Source of the DNA: Chiloscyllium plagiosum | Taxonomy: Eukaryota | DNA: 64,000 nucleotides | Direction of reading: 5' to 3' | Assembly: GCF_004010195.1 (NCBI RefSeq) | Contig: NC_057750.1 | Coordinates: forward strand, 18,576,542 to 18,640,541 | Shown: in pieces, positions 38,116-51,174 of the stretch | Position numbering within the stretch: position 1 is the first letter of the stretch | How the letters are laid out: every line of letters starts with the position of its first letter | The notes under the pieces: model-generated | What the model saw: only the letters and a program-made list of their open reading frames with translations | Told to the model about the DNA's origin: nothing | The model's database searches: none | Program-made: the position numbers and the translations under genes

Positions 38116-39699
38116 GGGTGATCTGTACTCAGTTCTTTAACCAAAATTAAAAGGCAATATTGTAGATTATACAACATCCCCTTAGTCCTACAATCTGCTC
38201 TGTCCCGACAGTGCCAATGAGCATTTTAATTGCAATTACACATATATATCTGTTTCTGAATGTTATTATCGAAACTGCATTCAGACAGTGCATTCCAGAT
38301 CATGACAGCAGATCAAAATAAAAATGACAGCATCACAGTTTAACAATGTTAAATGAAGCAATTCAACACATTGTGTCATGCCTGCTCTCCGACTGAATGA
38401 TTTGCCTTAAGTTATTCCCTTGCCCCATCTCAACCTCAGTTCCTTTACAAATAAGAACCTAATTTCCTACTGAACCTGCCTCCACCACACTCTCAGGCAG
38501 TGCCTTCCAGATACTGAAAAAGTCCTCGTCTTTTTCCTCTGGACGCTTACTAATTATCTTAAATCGATTTTTAAAAACATGCAGATTCACTAGTGCAACG
38601 TTACAAGAATACTTAATTACTGACTCAATAATTCCATTTTGATGTTCTTTCTAATTGAGTTGGTTGACCGAGCGCCAATTTATGTCAGCGAACGTTGGCC
38701 GTGAATGGCACATGCTGTGAATTAGGACTCGGGGGGAGAATGGTAGCAGAGATGGTTGTGGAAGGAAAGGTGGGGGAAATAGAATGTGGTAAATCAGCAT
38801 GGTTTTAACTGTTGTATGGATTTTTGCATTGCTGGCTAAGCCAGCAAGTTTTGTTCCGCCCAAAATACCCAGAGGGCAGTTAACAGTCAACCACATTGTG
38901 GATGTCGAGTCACATTTAAATCAGGCCAGGCAAGGTTGGCAGATATCACTTTCCAAAGGACATTAGTGAAGCGGATAGAGTTTTGGGATAATCAACATAA
39001 TTACCATTAGATTTGCTTTTTATTTCAGATTTTTGCACAAATGCATTTTCAATATTTGTCATGGCGAAACACGTGACCTCAGAAGATTATCTTGAATTAC
39101 TAGCGCAGTGGCATTACCAAAATGCCACAACCTCCCATTTCGCCATTGGATTAGCCGAGAGTGGAGTTAGCAAAGGCGTGCATGAGAACATCAACAATCG
39201 GTGAGCTGAGAAGGATTGAAATCAGATGCTAATAGGATCATGGTCATAATGGATAACATTAAGATGTGTTTTGAAACTCACAGTAGAATATGGCATGGAA
39301 GTTGTGCCTTAGATTGATGCCAAGCAGAGGGATTGAGGGAAATGAGTTAGGATAAGGGAGAAAAGACAATGACTTCAGTATTTGCAATACAGAATGGGAG
39401 GGGTACCTATAACTGAAGCAAATACAGAACACATGCAACTGTTGATGTTCACTAACAGCATCAAGAAGTACAGAATGAACACTAAGCTTAATTTGGACCT
39501 TCATTATTAAGAAGGCTGAAAATACAGGATATTACTGTACTCAAAATATATATGTATTACTAGTATAAAGAGACTTAAGCACTTGAAGAGAGCATCACAA
39601 CGGATACATTTGTATGTTATGTATACAAGTTTAGGAATTACAGGTATCCTGAAATGTGGTGATATTAATGAGAGGTATGCCAACACATGCAAGTAATTA

Positions 39700-41860
39700 G
39701 AGTATATTAAGAGCAAGATGCTTATTCGGGACAGAATGGGGCCTCTTAGAACCAAAGGGCAATCTGTGTGTGGAGCTAGTGGATGTGGGTGAGGTATTGA
39801 ATTATATTTTATTTTCTTTATTCGTAAAGGAAAAATACATTTATACTGGAGATTTTAGTTGGGATGGTTATATTCTAGGTATGTTATTACTAATAAGGAG
39901 ATTGTATTAGATGTTTGAGTTGGCATACAGGTGAATACATTGCCAGAGCCTGATGGGAGGAGATTGCTCGGTCCCTAGCAGAAATATTTAGTGCCTTGTC
40001 GTCACAGGTAGAGTGCCACATCATTGGAGGATAGCTAATTTGGCACCCTTGTTCAAGAAGGGCAGCATGTACAGGTCAGCAGTTATAGAACAATCAGTGG
40101 TAGGAAAATTATAGGAAAAATTCTGAGGGGCACGATTACTCAACTCTTGGAAAGGCTAGGCTTGATCAGGGATAGTCAAAATGAATTTGATAGAGGGACA
40201 TCTTTTCTGAATAACTTGATGCAGTTTTTTGAAACTTATTTAAATATTTTGATGACAGTAATGCAGTTTGTGTGGTTTATATGAACAAGGTCCCACTTGG
40301 AAGCTTGGTCCAAACGGTAAGAAACCATGGCAAACTGGATCCAAAATTGCCTTGTAAATAATGATGCAGCGTTATATTTATGATTGGAAGCCCGTGACCA
40401 ACACTGCACCACAGAGATCCTTGCTGTTATGTACATTAAGACTTGAGTCTGAATGTAGAAGAAAAAATCAGTAAATTTGCAGATGACATCAAAATTGTTT
40501 CAAGCTACACTCTGATATTGATCAACTGGTAAATTGAGCAGAACAATGAAAGAAGGAATTTAATCCCATTAAATGCAATTTTAGCAGTTTAATAAGAGAA
40601 GTACAAATATAATGAATGATAGGTGTCTAGGGGTACTAAGGAGCAAAGGAACCTTGGTGTATAAGTCCATAAGCCCTTGAAGTTGCCAGCGCAGTTAGAG
40701 TCGTGAAAAAGCATAGGCATGCATACCTTATTCGCTGGAGCATAGAATGTAGGAGCACAGAAATCTTCTTGCAACTTTATGAAAAATTGGTTGGGCCACA
40801 AATGAATACTATGTGTAGTTCTGATCACCACACTATTAGAAGGATGTAAACAAAAACAGAAGTTGTTGGGAAAGCTTGGCAGGTCTGGCAGCATCTGCGA
40901 AAAGAAATCAGAGTTAATGGTTCAGCATTGGTGACCCTTCCTCTGAAGAGTCACTGGACCCAAAACGTACACTCTGATTTCTTTGTACAGATGTTGCCAA
41001 GCCTGCTGAGCTTTTTCAGCAAATTCTGGTTTTGTTTCAATTTACAGCATCCACAGTTCTTTTGAGTTTTATTAGAAGAATGTGATTGCACTGGAAAAGT
41101 TGCAAAAAGATTCACCAGGCTGTTGCCTGGGATGGAAAGTCTCAGTTATGAGGAGAGACTAGTTTGGTTGGGTTTATTTCCCTTGGGGGGAAAAGTGGCG
41201 GGGAGGGAGAAGGCGAAGGCGGGGGTAGAGCTGAAATCTGATTTAGACATGCAAAATTATGAAAGGCAAAGACAGGGTAGATCAGAAGAATCTTTTCCTC
41301 ATAGAACATTGGTGAGGGCATTTTTGAAGTACTGCATACAATTCTGTCACCCTTCTTCAGGAAGGACTTTTCTGTACTTTAGAGGATGCAGAAAAAGATT
41401 CATAAGTGTGTTGACTCGACTAGAGGGTTTGAACTAAAGGAAGAGGCTGATTAGGCTGTGGCATTTTTCCCTGGAGTGTCATGGACTGAGGGGTGAACTT
41501 ATAGAGGTTTATAACATGATGGGGGGCATGGATGGGGTGAATAGCCAAGGTGTTTCTCTTGTGGTGAGGAAAACCAAAACTAGAGGGCAGAAAGTGAGAA
41601 GAGAATAATTTTAAAAAGACCTGAGAGGTAACATTTTCATGTAGAAGGGAGTATGGAATGATCTGCCAGATGAGGTGGTGGAGACGGGTAAAATTATAAT
41701 GCTTAAAAGGCATCTGGATGGGTATATGAATAGGAAGGGTTTAGATGGATACGGGCTGAAAGCTGAAACATAGGACTGCATCAGATTGGGATGTCTGCTT
41801 AGCATGGATGAGTTTGACAGAAAAGTCAGTTTCCATGCTCCATGATTCTATGACTCTATG
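39700..41860 (+). mobile_element. Cluster of decayed CR1 fragments
   Basis: SKFADD, LSYEERL, FLKYCIQF motifs and a CR1 3' tail. Confidence 0.75.
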
Positions 41861-43042
41861 TGTCCCAGACCAAGTGGTATAAGTTTAAGGTGAGGAGTAA
41901 GTCGTTTAGAGGGAATTTCAGATTAGTTACAGTGTGGAAACAGATCCTTCAGCCCAACAAGTCCACACCGACCCGCCAAAGCACAACCCACCCAGACCCC
42001 ATTCTTCTACATTTACCCCTTCACCTAACACTACGGGCAAATTAACATGGCCAATTCACCTAACCTGCATATTTTTGGATTGTGGGAGGAAACCCACGCC
42101 GACACAGGGAAAATGTGCAAACTCCACAAGGTCAGTAGCCTGAGGCAGGAATTGAACCCAGGTCTCTGGCGCTGTGAGGCAGCAGTGCTAACCACTGTAA
42201 CACCGTGCCACCCAGTGAGCACCCTGAGGAAAAATGCTCTTGAGAAGAGGATAGTAGAAATGCGGAAAGCAGAGCCTGAGAGGGTGGTGGAGGCAGATAC
42301 TCTCACAACATTTAAGAAGCATCTGAATGTGCACTTAAAATGTCAGGGCATTGAAGGCTAAGGAGCAAATGCAAGTAAATGGATTAAGTGCTGTTTGTTG
42401 GTCAGCATAGGTATGGTGAGCTGCAGGATTATTTTTTTTTTCTGTGCTCTATGACTCTGACTCAATGAATTCCTGGAAGTGAATTCTATGCATTAATTAT
42501 TTTTTCACATTCACACTTGCTTTTTTCGCAGATCTGTCTTTTGGTCTCAACCACTTTCTATGGCAGATAGTTCTATGGGCTACCTCATTACCTTCAACTG
42601 CGACCTCTTGTTCTGGACTCATTGGAAGCGTCCTTCTTGAATTTACCCTGTTTAGTCTTGTTAGAATTTCATTGATTTCTCTGAGATGTCACCTCATTTT
42701 TCTAAACTCCAATAAATATAGTCCTAACCAATCCAATCACTCTTCATGCACCAATCATAGAACATAGAACACGCAGGTTCTGGGTCTCTTGCATTGCCAC
42801 TCCTTTACCACCCGGCACCTGGAGGAAGAACCATTGAACACAGAATAGTACAGCACAAGAACAAGCCCTTTGGCCCACGATGTTGTACCGAGCATGACGT
42901 CAAATTAAACTAATTCCTTTTGCATACCTTTGATCCACAGCCTTTCATTCCTTGTATTTCATGTGCTTATCTAAAAATTCCTCAGATGTCTTTATTGTCT
43001 CAGCCTCAACCATCACTCCTGACAGTGTGTTCCAGATGAAAG

Positions 43043-43890
43043 TTGGTACTGCAGATGCTGGAGTTTAGAGTGAAGATTAGAGTAGTGCTGGAGAAGCATT
43101 GCAGGTCAAGCAGCATCCGAGGAACAGGAAAATTGACATTTTGGGAAAAGCCCTTCATCAGGATTGAGGCTGGGAGCATCGGGGGTGGAGAGATAAATGG
43201 GATGTGGGTGGAACTCGGGGGAAGGTAGCTGGGAGTGCAATAGGTGGATGGAGTGGGGGGGGGGGTGGAGGTGATTGGTCAGAGAGGAGGGTGAAGCGGA
43301 GAGGTTGGAAGGAAGATTGACAGTTGGGACAGGTCATGAGGACAGTCCTGAGCTGAAAGGTTGGAGGTTGGAACTGGGGTATGGTTGGGTGAGGAGAAAT
43401 GAGGAAACTGGTGAAATCCACATTGATACCATGGGGTTGAAGGGTTCTGAGGCAGAAGATGAGATGTTCTTCCTCCAGGTGCTGGGTGGTAAGGGAGCAG
43501 CAATGGAGGAGACCCAGGATCTGCATGCCCTCGACACAGCGGGAGGGGGAAGTTGAAATGTTCGGACACAGGGTGGTGGGGTTGATTGGTGTGGGTGTCC
43601 TGGACATATTCTCTGAAACGCTCTGCGAGTAGGCTTCCAGTGTCCCAAATGTAGAGGAGACCACATCGGGCGCAACACATGCAGTAAATGACATGTGTGG
43701 AAGTGCATGTGATGCTTTGATGGATGTGGAAGGCTCCTTTGGGGCCATGGATGAGGTGAGGGGGGAGGTGTGGGTGCAAGTTCTGCAATTCCTGTGGTGG
43801 CAGGGGAAAGTGCCAGGAGGACAGGGTGAGCTGTTAGGGGGTGTAGATTTAACTTGGTAACCACGGAGAGAACGATCTTTACAGAAAGTG
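43043..43890 (-). mobile_element. Penelope-like element fragment
   Basis: TCTSTHVIYCMCCARCGLLYIWDTGSLLAERFREY is a GIY-YIG endonuclease pattern. Confidence 0.8.
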
Positions 43891-43894
43891 GATA

Positions 43895-46090
43895 GAGTCA
43901 TAGAGATGTACAGCATGGAAACAGACCCTTCGGTCCAACCCGTCCATGCCGACCAGATATCCCAAGGCAATCTAGTCCCACCTGCCAGCACCCGGCCCAT
44001 ATCCCTCCAAACCCTTCCTATTCATATACCCATCCAAATGCCTCTTAAATGTTGCAATTTTACCAGCCTCCACCACTTCCTCTGACAGCTCATTCCACAC
44101 ACGTACCACCCGCTGCATGAAAAAGTTGCCCTTAAAGTCTCTTTTATATCTTTCCCATTTCACCCTAAACCTATGCCCTCTAGTTCTGGACTCCCCGACT
44201 CCTGAAGAAGGGCCTGTGCCCGAAACATCGAATCTCCTGTTCCCTGGATGCTGCCTGACCTGCTGTGCTGTTCCAGCAATAAAGTTTCAACTTTACCTAT
44301 TTAACCTATCCATGCCCCTCATAATATTGTAATCCTCCATAAGGTCACCCCTCAGCCTCCGATGATCCAGGGAAAACAGCTCCAGCCTGTTCAGCCTCTC
44401 CCTGTAGCTCAGATACACTCCCTAGGACCTTACCATTAAGTGTATAAGTCCTGCTAAGATTTGCTTTCCCAAAATACGGCACCTCACATTTATCTGAGTT
44501 TAACTCCATCTGCCACTTCTCAGCCCATTGGTCCATCTGTTCCAGATCCTGTTGTAATCTGAGGTAACCCTCTTCGCTGTCCACTACACCTCCAATTTTG
44601 GTGTCACCTGCAAACTTACTAACTGTACCTCTTATGCTCGCATCCAAATCATTCATGTTAATGACAAAAAGTCGAGGGCCCAACATCGATCCTTGTGGCA
44701 CTCCACTGGTCACAGGCCTCCAGTCTGAAAAGCAACCCTCCACCACCACCCTCTGTCTTCTACCTTTGAGTCAGTTCTGTATCCAAATGGCTAGTTCTCC
44801 CTGCATTCCATGAGATCTAACCTTGCTAATCTCGGTGGAGTCCATTTGTACCTGGTGACATTTATGCCCCCTCCCATTTATCTCTTCACCCCCGAGGCTC
44901 CTAGTCTCATTCCTGATGAAAGGCTTTTGGTCGAAATGTTGATTTTTCTGCTCCTCGGATGCTGCCTGACCTGCTGTGCTTTCCCAACACTACGCTCATC
45001 TTGAGTGTGTTCCAGACTCCTAACACTTGTCCCTCATATCTCCCTTAAACTTTCCCCCTCTCACCTTAAATGCATGCTCCCTATATTAGACATTTTAATT
45101 CTTGGAAACATATTTCACCGTCAACTCTGCATATGATTCTAATAATTTTATAGAGTTCCATCAATCCTCTCCTCAGCATTGCCACTCAAGAGAAAACAGC
45201 CTGCGTATTTCCAGTCTCTCCTTTTAGCTCATGCCTTTGAATCCAGGGAGCATCCTGGTAAACCTCATACTCACCCTCTCCAAAGCCTCCACATCCTTCC
45301 TGTAATGCTGCGACCAGAGCTGAATGCAATACTCTTAAGTGTAGCTTAACCAAAGTCTTACAAAGCTGCAACATGGCGTCCTGACACTTTTACTTAATTC
45401 ACCGATCAATAAAGGCAAGCATGCCATATGCCTTCTTTGGCATTCTATCAACTTGCATGACCACTTTTAGGGAGTTACGGACTTGAACCTCATGATCTTT
45501 ATAAACATCAATCCTGTTCATTAATCGTATACTTTTCCTTAACGTATGATCTCCCAAAGTCCATCACCTCGCACTTACCTGGATTAAACTCCATATACCA
45601 TTTCTCTCCCCATGTCTGCAATGAATCTATATCCCGCTGTATCTTTCGACAACCTTCTTCACTATCCACAACTCTACTGATCTTTGTATTAGCTGCAAAT
45701 TTGCTAATATACCCATCTACATTTTCATCCAAGTCATTTCCATAAGTCACAAACAGTAGAGGTCCCAGTGCAGCTCCCCACGGAAAACTAGTTACAGGCC
45801 TCCAGGCAGAAAGAAACATCTTCTCACTACTACCCTCCGTTTTCCATGGGCAAGCCAATTCTGAATCCATGCGGCCAAATCATCATGAATCACATACATC
45901 TTCAACTTCTGGAAGAGCCCACCCTAAGGGACCTTGTCAAAGCCTTACTAAAATCTAAGTAAACAACATCCACTGCTGTACCTTTGTCACCTCCTCAAAA
46001 AATTTAATCAAGTTAGTAAGACATGATCTACCCTGCTGACCATCCGTGATTAGGCCACACTTTTCCAAATGTGTGTAAATCCTATCCTAA
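43895..46090 (-). mobile_element. CR1 fragments (two elements)
   Basis: WRPVTSGVPQGSMLGP..SKFAGDTKIGG and similar RT motifs. Confidence 0.85.
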
Positions 46091-47629
46091 TCCTGTCATC
46101 TCAGGAATCAGTTGGAAAACTTCCTCCTAACCAGAACATCTTAATCTGATTTCAGACAATATTTCCTGTGTGGTTTCAGTAAGGTCCCGTAAACTGTAGC
46201 AAGGCTCTTCTACTGAAATTGCTGAGGCCTAAGGACTGATCCTTCATTTACACCACTAGCTATTGCTTGTCATTCAGAAAAGAACCACATACACTTATTC
46301 TTTGTTTCCTGACTGCCAAGCATTTTCTATCTATGTCAGTATGCTACCCGCAATACCATAATATATATTCATAATTTATATGGGGGAACTAAGTGTAACA
46401 TCTCCAATATTACTGACAACACAAAGATGAGTGGGAGGGTGAAATGTGAGGAGCATGGTAACTTTGAGCAGTTTGAGTGGGTGAAAAAATGAATGACAAA
46501 TGAGGTATAATATAGATAAATGTAAGGTCGTCCTCCATGTTATCCAATACGGGAAGGCAAGTTATTATCTGAATGACAATATGTTGGGGAAGGGAGAGGT
46601 GCAATGAGACCTTGGTGACATGATACATCAGTCTCTGAAAGTCAATATGCAGATGCAGCAAGTAGCGTAAAAGGCAAATAGTAGCTTCCTTCCCCTCTGG
46701 ACACTGCATTCCCCAACATTTTGGGACATATCTGTATCTTCCTTTGTGATGACAAATCAGATATGTGCATAACTGATCTGCCACCTGTGTTCCCCAATAC
46801 AACTCCCCTTGTTTATAATTGTAAGGAACCATAATTTGCCTTCATTCATCTTTTTGATCACATACCTGTAGAGGCTTTTACAATCAGTTTGCATGTTCCT
46901 GACAATCTTACACTCATATTCCCTTCCTAATTAATCAATTTTCCTTTCTTTGCTTTCAATTGTCATGTCTGCTGTTTTCTTTCACCAATTTGAATGCTCC
47001 TTTCTTGGATCCGACACTATTTCTAATTTCTCTTGTAAGCCATAGTTGGGCCATATTTCTCATTTAGTTTTGTGCCAGGCAGGAATGAACAATTGTTGCA
47101 GTTCCTCCATATTTGTTTTTTTTTGAATAACAATTGTATGCATCTGTTATCACTTCTTAGAGCAACATTGATACATCTGCATGACTTTATCAGCAATTTC
47201 AATTGAGCATTAACAGTCAACCCTTATTGTAGTGCGTCCAGAGGACAAGTTGGGTAATGACAGTAAGTTTCCTTTTATTAAACCACATCAATAAATCATT
47301 TAGTTGTTAGTAAAAGATAGTTGATTCTCAATTCCAGATTTGTTTACTGAAATGTAAAACATGGTTGCATGAAGAAGGGATTTAACTTAGATAATCACAT
47401 GAAGAGATTATTAGGAGAAAGTGAGGACTGCAGATGCTGGAGATCAAAGCTGAAAAATGTGTTGCTGGAAAAGCGCAGCAGGTCAGGCAGCATCCAAGGA
47501 GCAGGAGAATCGACGTTTCGGGCATAAGCCCTTCTTCAGGAAGAGACTATTAGCCTACTAAGAAGACTCCTCTGCAATCTCACATTTTCATCTCAAATTG
47601 TTCTATTGGACAAATAAGATCAGTGCATA

Positions 47630-47760
47630 TGTGTTGCAGCAGGTGATGTGTGGTAGTCTTTGTAACCACACATCCGGTTGTTTTTGTAACTGTTTGCCCT
47701 GTTTGTCTTGTTTTGTTGAACGCAAAAGGCAGCTGTGCTTTTATGACTGTACATCCTAGC
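47630..47760. promoter_or_regulatory. Candidate T-cell enhancer module 1
   Basis: CAGGTG, TGTGGT, CTTTGT, AACCACACATCCGG (RUNX+Ets) and CAGCTG within about 100 bp of non-repeat sequence. Confidence 0.5.
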
Positions 47761-50460
47761 TGCTCTTTTTTTTCAATCTTTGCAACTTGACGTTGTGTTG
47801 TTTCCATTTTTGACAAAACCTTTGTTTTCAAGAGTGTTTGAACAGAACAGAGCAATCGACATTGTAGAAATTACAAGTGAGACCAGCAACATATCTCTTC
47901 TAAATTTCAACCAGCTGAATGACCTCTTTCAGCGCTTACCATCTTGTAGCTGCATTATGGAGAGAATGCTTCCTCTGCTGGATGTTCTCTATAAATATCA
48001 ATAACCAAATAATAGAGAGAGGAACAAATGTCACAAGCAACATTTATTCCTGACTTTTCATTCCCTATAGTATAGAAGATTAGGAGTGACCAACTGTATG
48101 TATTTAAGATGATTTAATCATTTGGTTTGAAAAATAGACAGAAACACCTTTTTTGATGGGAAATCAAGAACACGCAGCCTTAACCCTGAACTTAGATCTC
48201 AACCACCCAAGGGTGTTGTCAGGAAGCATGTTCTCACGCAGAGATTAATGGGATTATGCAAACCTTTTCCACTCATAAGATCAGGGTTTCAACAATGTTG
48301 AAATAAAATTTTAGTTTTTGTATGTTATAAGTGTCATGGATGATAGCAGATACATAAAGCTAAAATGGAAATTTACTAACAAATGGAGATGATCAAAGGG
48401 CTCAATAGCCATTTCCTTTCTTTATGTGTTTTGCCTTTCAGTGTCAGTAATTGAATATCAGGTTCGATGGATTGGCCATGCTAAATTGCCCATAGTGTCC
48501 AGGGATGTATAAATTACGTGAGTTAGCCATAGATAATGCAGGGTTATAGGATAGGGAGGTGAGTCTGGGTAGAATGCTCATTGGTGAGTGGGTGCAGACT
48601 TGTTGGGTTGAATGGCCTGTTTCCACACAGTAGGGATTGTAATTCTAGCAAACTTAACAGTACAAACTATCATTTTGTACATCTGTAAATAAGTTATCTC
48701 ACATGATGAACTTATTCCCTGTTTCCACAGGTTAATAACTACAAGGAATTAATTCATATAAGTCACTAACTATTGCTTAGACATGAATAATAAGGGGAAA
48801 TCTTTGAGTTCTAATCATAAATTTATGCATCAGAGATGATGGCCCTTAGGCCTGTCATTCTTGTGCATTATGTTTGAAAGAGCTATTATATTATCTTCAC
48901 TGACCACCCCCCCCACCAACACTCTCCACTACACGTTCTGTGCTGTTAATACATAACTCTGGAGATGTTTTGCTCCCCTCTCTCAGCAAAACAAAGTTTA
49001 TCAGCATTGGTATCATTTCTGAAAACCTCTTGAGCACACTTTATGAACATAAAAAACAGAAGAACTACAAGCAAAAGTAGGTAACTGAGCCACTTGATCC
49101 TGCTCTGCCATTTAACCTGATCATGGCAGACTTCATCCTGACCTCAAAGTCACATTTTTGTCCGTTTACAATAATCCTTTAACTGACTATGAATTAAAAT
49201 CTGTCTATCTCCTCCTTAAATTTATTCAATCCACTGCACTCGAAAGTAATGATTTCAACAGTTTCATGACACTTTGAGACAAATCCCCTTCATCTCTGTT
49301 TTAAATCTGACACTGCTCAGCCTAAAATTACAACCTCTCATTCTAGGTTGCCCTCTAAGGGAAACATCTCCTCTATTCTACAGTACATTATTAATACCCT
49401 TTAGTGTCTTATATAACTCAATTGGATCTCCTCTCCTTGTTCCAGTGAGCATAGGCTTTGCAAACCCGTAAGAACGGTTCCCACACTTTGATGCCTGACA
49501 TTCGATATGATTCTATACCTAGAGAGAGAGAAAGTGAGGCCTTGGATGCTGCCTGACCTGCTGCGCTTTTCCCGCAACACATTTTTCAGCTAGAGAGAGA
49601 GAGAGAGAGACAGAGAGAGAGACAGAGACAGTGAGACAGGTTGGAGGTGGGGGAATAAAACATTTCTTGCCCATCTTTGTTGCATACATTTTGTTCGTCA
49701 AAAGTACTGAGCATATTCAGGACTTGTGGTGAATTGAGAAAGCTTGCATTTTAAAATGGACATTTAGATNNNNNNNNNNNNNNNNNNNNNNNNNNNNNNN
49801 NNNNNNNNNNNNNNNNNNNNNNNNNNNNNNNNNNNNNNNNNNNNNNNNNNNNNNNNNNNNNNNNNNNNNNNNNNNNNNNNNNNNNNNNNNNNNNNNNNNN
49901 NNNNNNNNNNNNNNNNNNNNNNNTTCAACGACTAAATGGAGAGTATAAAAGAGAGCAGGTAGCAGCAAAGATTGTTTTAAATCATATTTGATCATTTTGT
50001 GTTCCATGAGCATAGAAGGGGTGAAGAAATGAAAGACTGCTGGAAATGAATCGACTTTATTTGGATGAATGAGGGAAAATTGATTGAAGGAAGTTGATGA
50101 ATAAACAGAAGGAAGTGAAGAGGAATATGAGGGCAGTGTAGCATGTGAATCAATGAAAAGAATCATTGAGAAGTTGTGAAGAGCAGTAGAAGAAAGGCTG
50201 AGGAAAAGAGTAGGAACGAAACCAAGGAAGGAATGGAAAGAAAGACAAAGAGCGAAAGGAGCAAAATTCGGTAGAGAATAAAGTAGAGAGAAATAACTCA
50301 TAACAACAATGAATAAAACAAATTAAAGACGGCCGGTAGCAAGGAAAGGTCGAAAAATGACAAGCATGGAACACAAAATACAGAAAGAATAGTAAGTGGA
50401 AAAAAAACCAACTGAAGTTGGGGAGCACAAGAAATGAATAAACAATATGTTAAAGATGGA

Positions 50461-50810
50461 AGTTCAGCTGCAATGTGCTTCAGCAGTTTTGTTCAAGGTG
50501 CCCAACAACCACATTGCTTTGCATGGACATCGCAGGTGCAGGAACTTAGGGATTCTTATCACCCAGGAGAAGAGAGAACATTAGTTCAGTTAGTACACCC
50601 TTAAACAGAGATAACCACAACTGCAGCTGGCTCCATTCTGTCATACCACAGAGTGAAACTTGGACGCGCTGACCTACTTTCAAAACCATGTGGTGGGCCT
50701 ATCAGTGGAAAGCTGTATTGTGCAGTTTGAAAGCTGGGATCCCACGACTTCCGTTCAATATATTTTTCTGAGCAGCTGTATGATGTCACCTCCCCCACGC
50801 CTTCCGAGCT
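50461..50810. promoter_or_regulatory. Candidate T-cell enhancer module 2 (E-beta-like)
   Basis: 4 RUNX, 4 E-box, 2 GATA, 2 Ets cores and TGATGTCA in 350 bp, about 10 kb 3' of the TRBC stop codon. Confidence 0.55.
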
Positions 50811-51174
50811 TTTAGCCCGAGATCAAATCTTGCCTTTGAGTCAGAATTTCCAGAGATGTCCTACCAAACAACGGAAATTACTTTGGGCCTGAGATTTAAT
50901 GTTAAAACATATTATTGTCCTGTTGTCAGCTTTGGGACTCAAACAGCTGAATGCTTTGACAAAAGATTACATTCCTCTACCCACCATAACTGAAAGTGTT
51001 CAGATATTTTTGATTGATATTGTAATCTGTCTTCGACTTCTTCCAAAGTTACTGTCATTTTTAAAATTAATTCGCAGAATGTCAGCTTCACTGGCCAAGC
51101 CACCATTTATTGCCCATCCTTTATTGCCCAAAAGTGAGACAAGAGTCACATATGGAAAAGACCGGGTAAGAACT

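Noticed and set aside
37434-38177. F/L/S-rich ORFs resembling membrane proteins
   Set aside because: Products of a purine/pyrimidine low-complexity tract.
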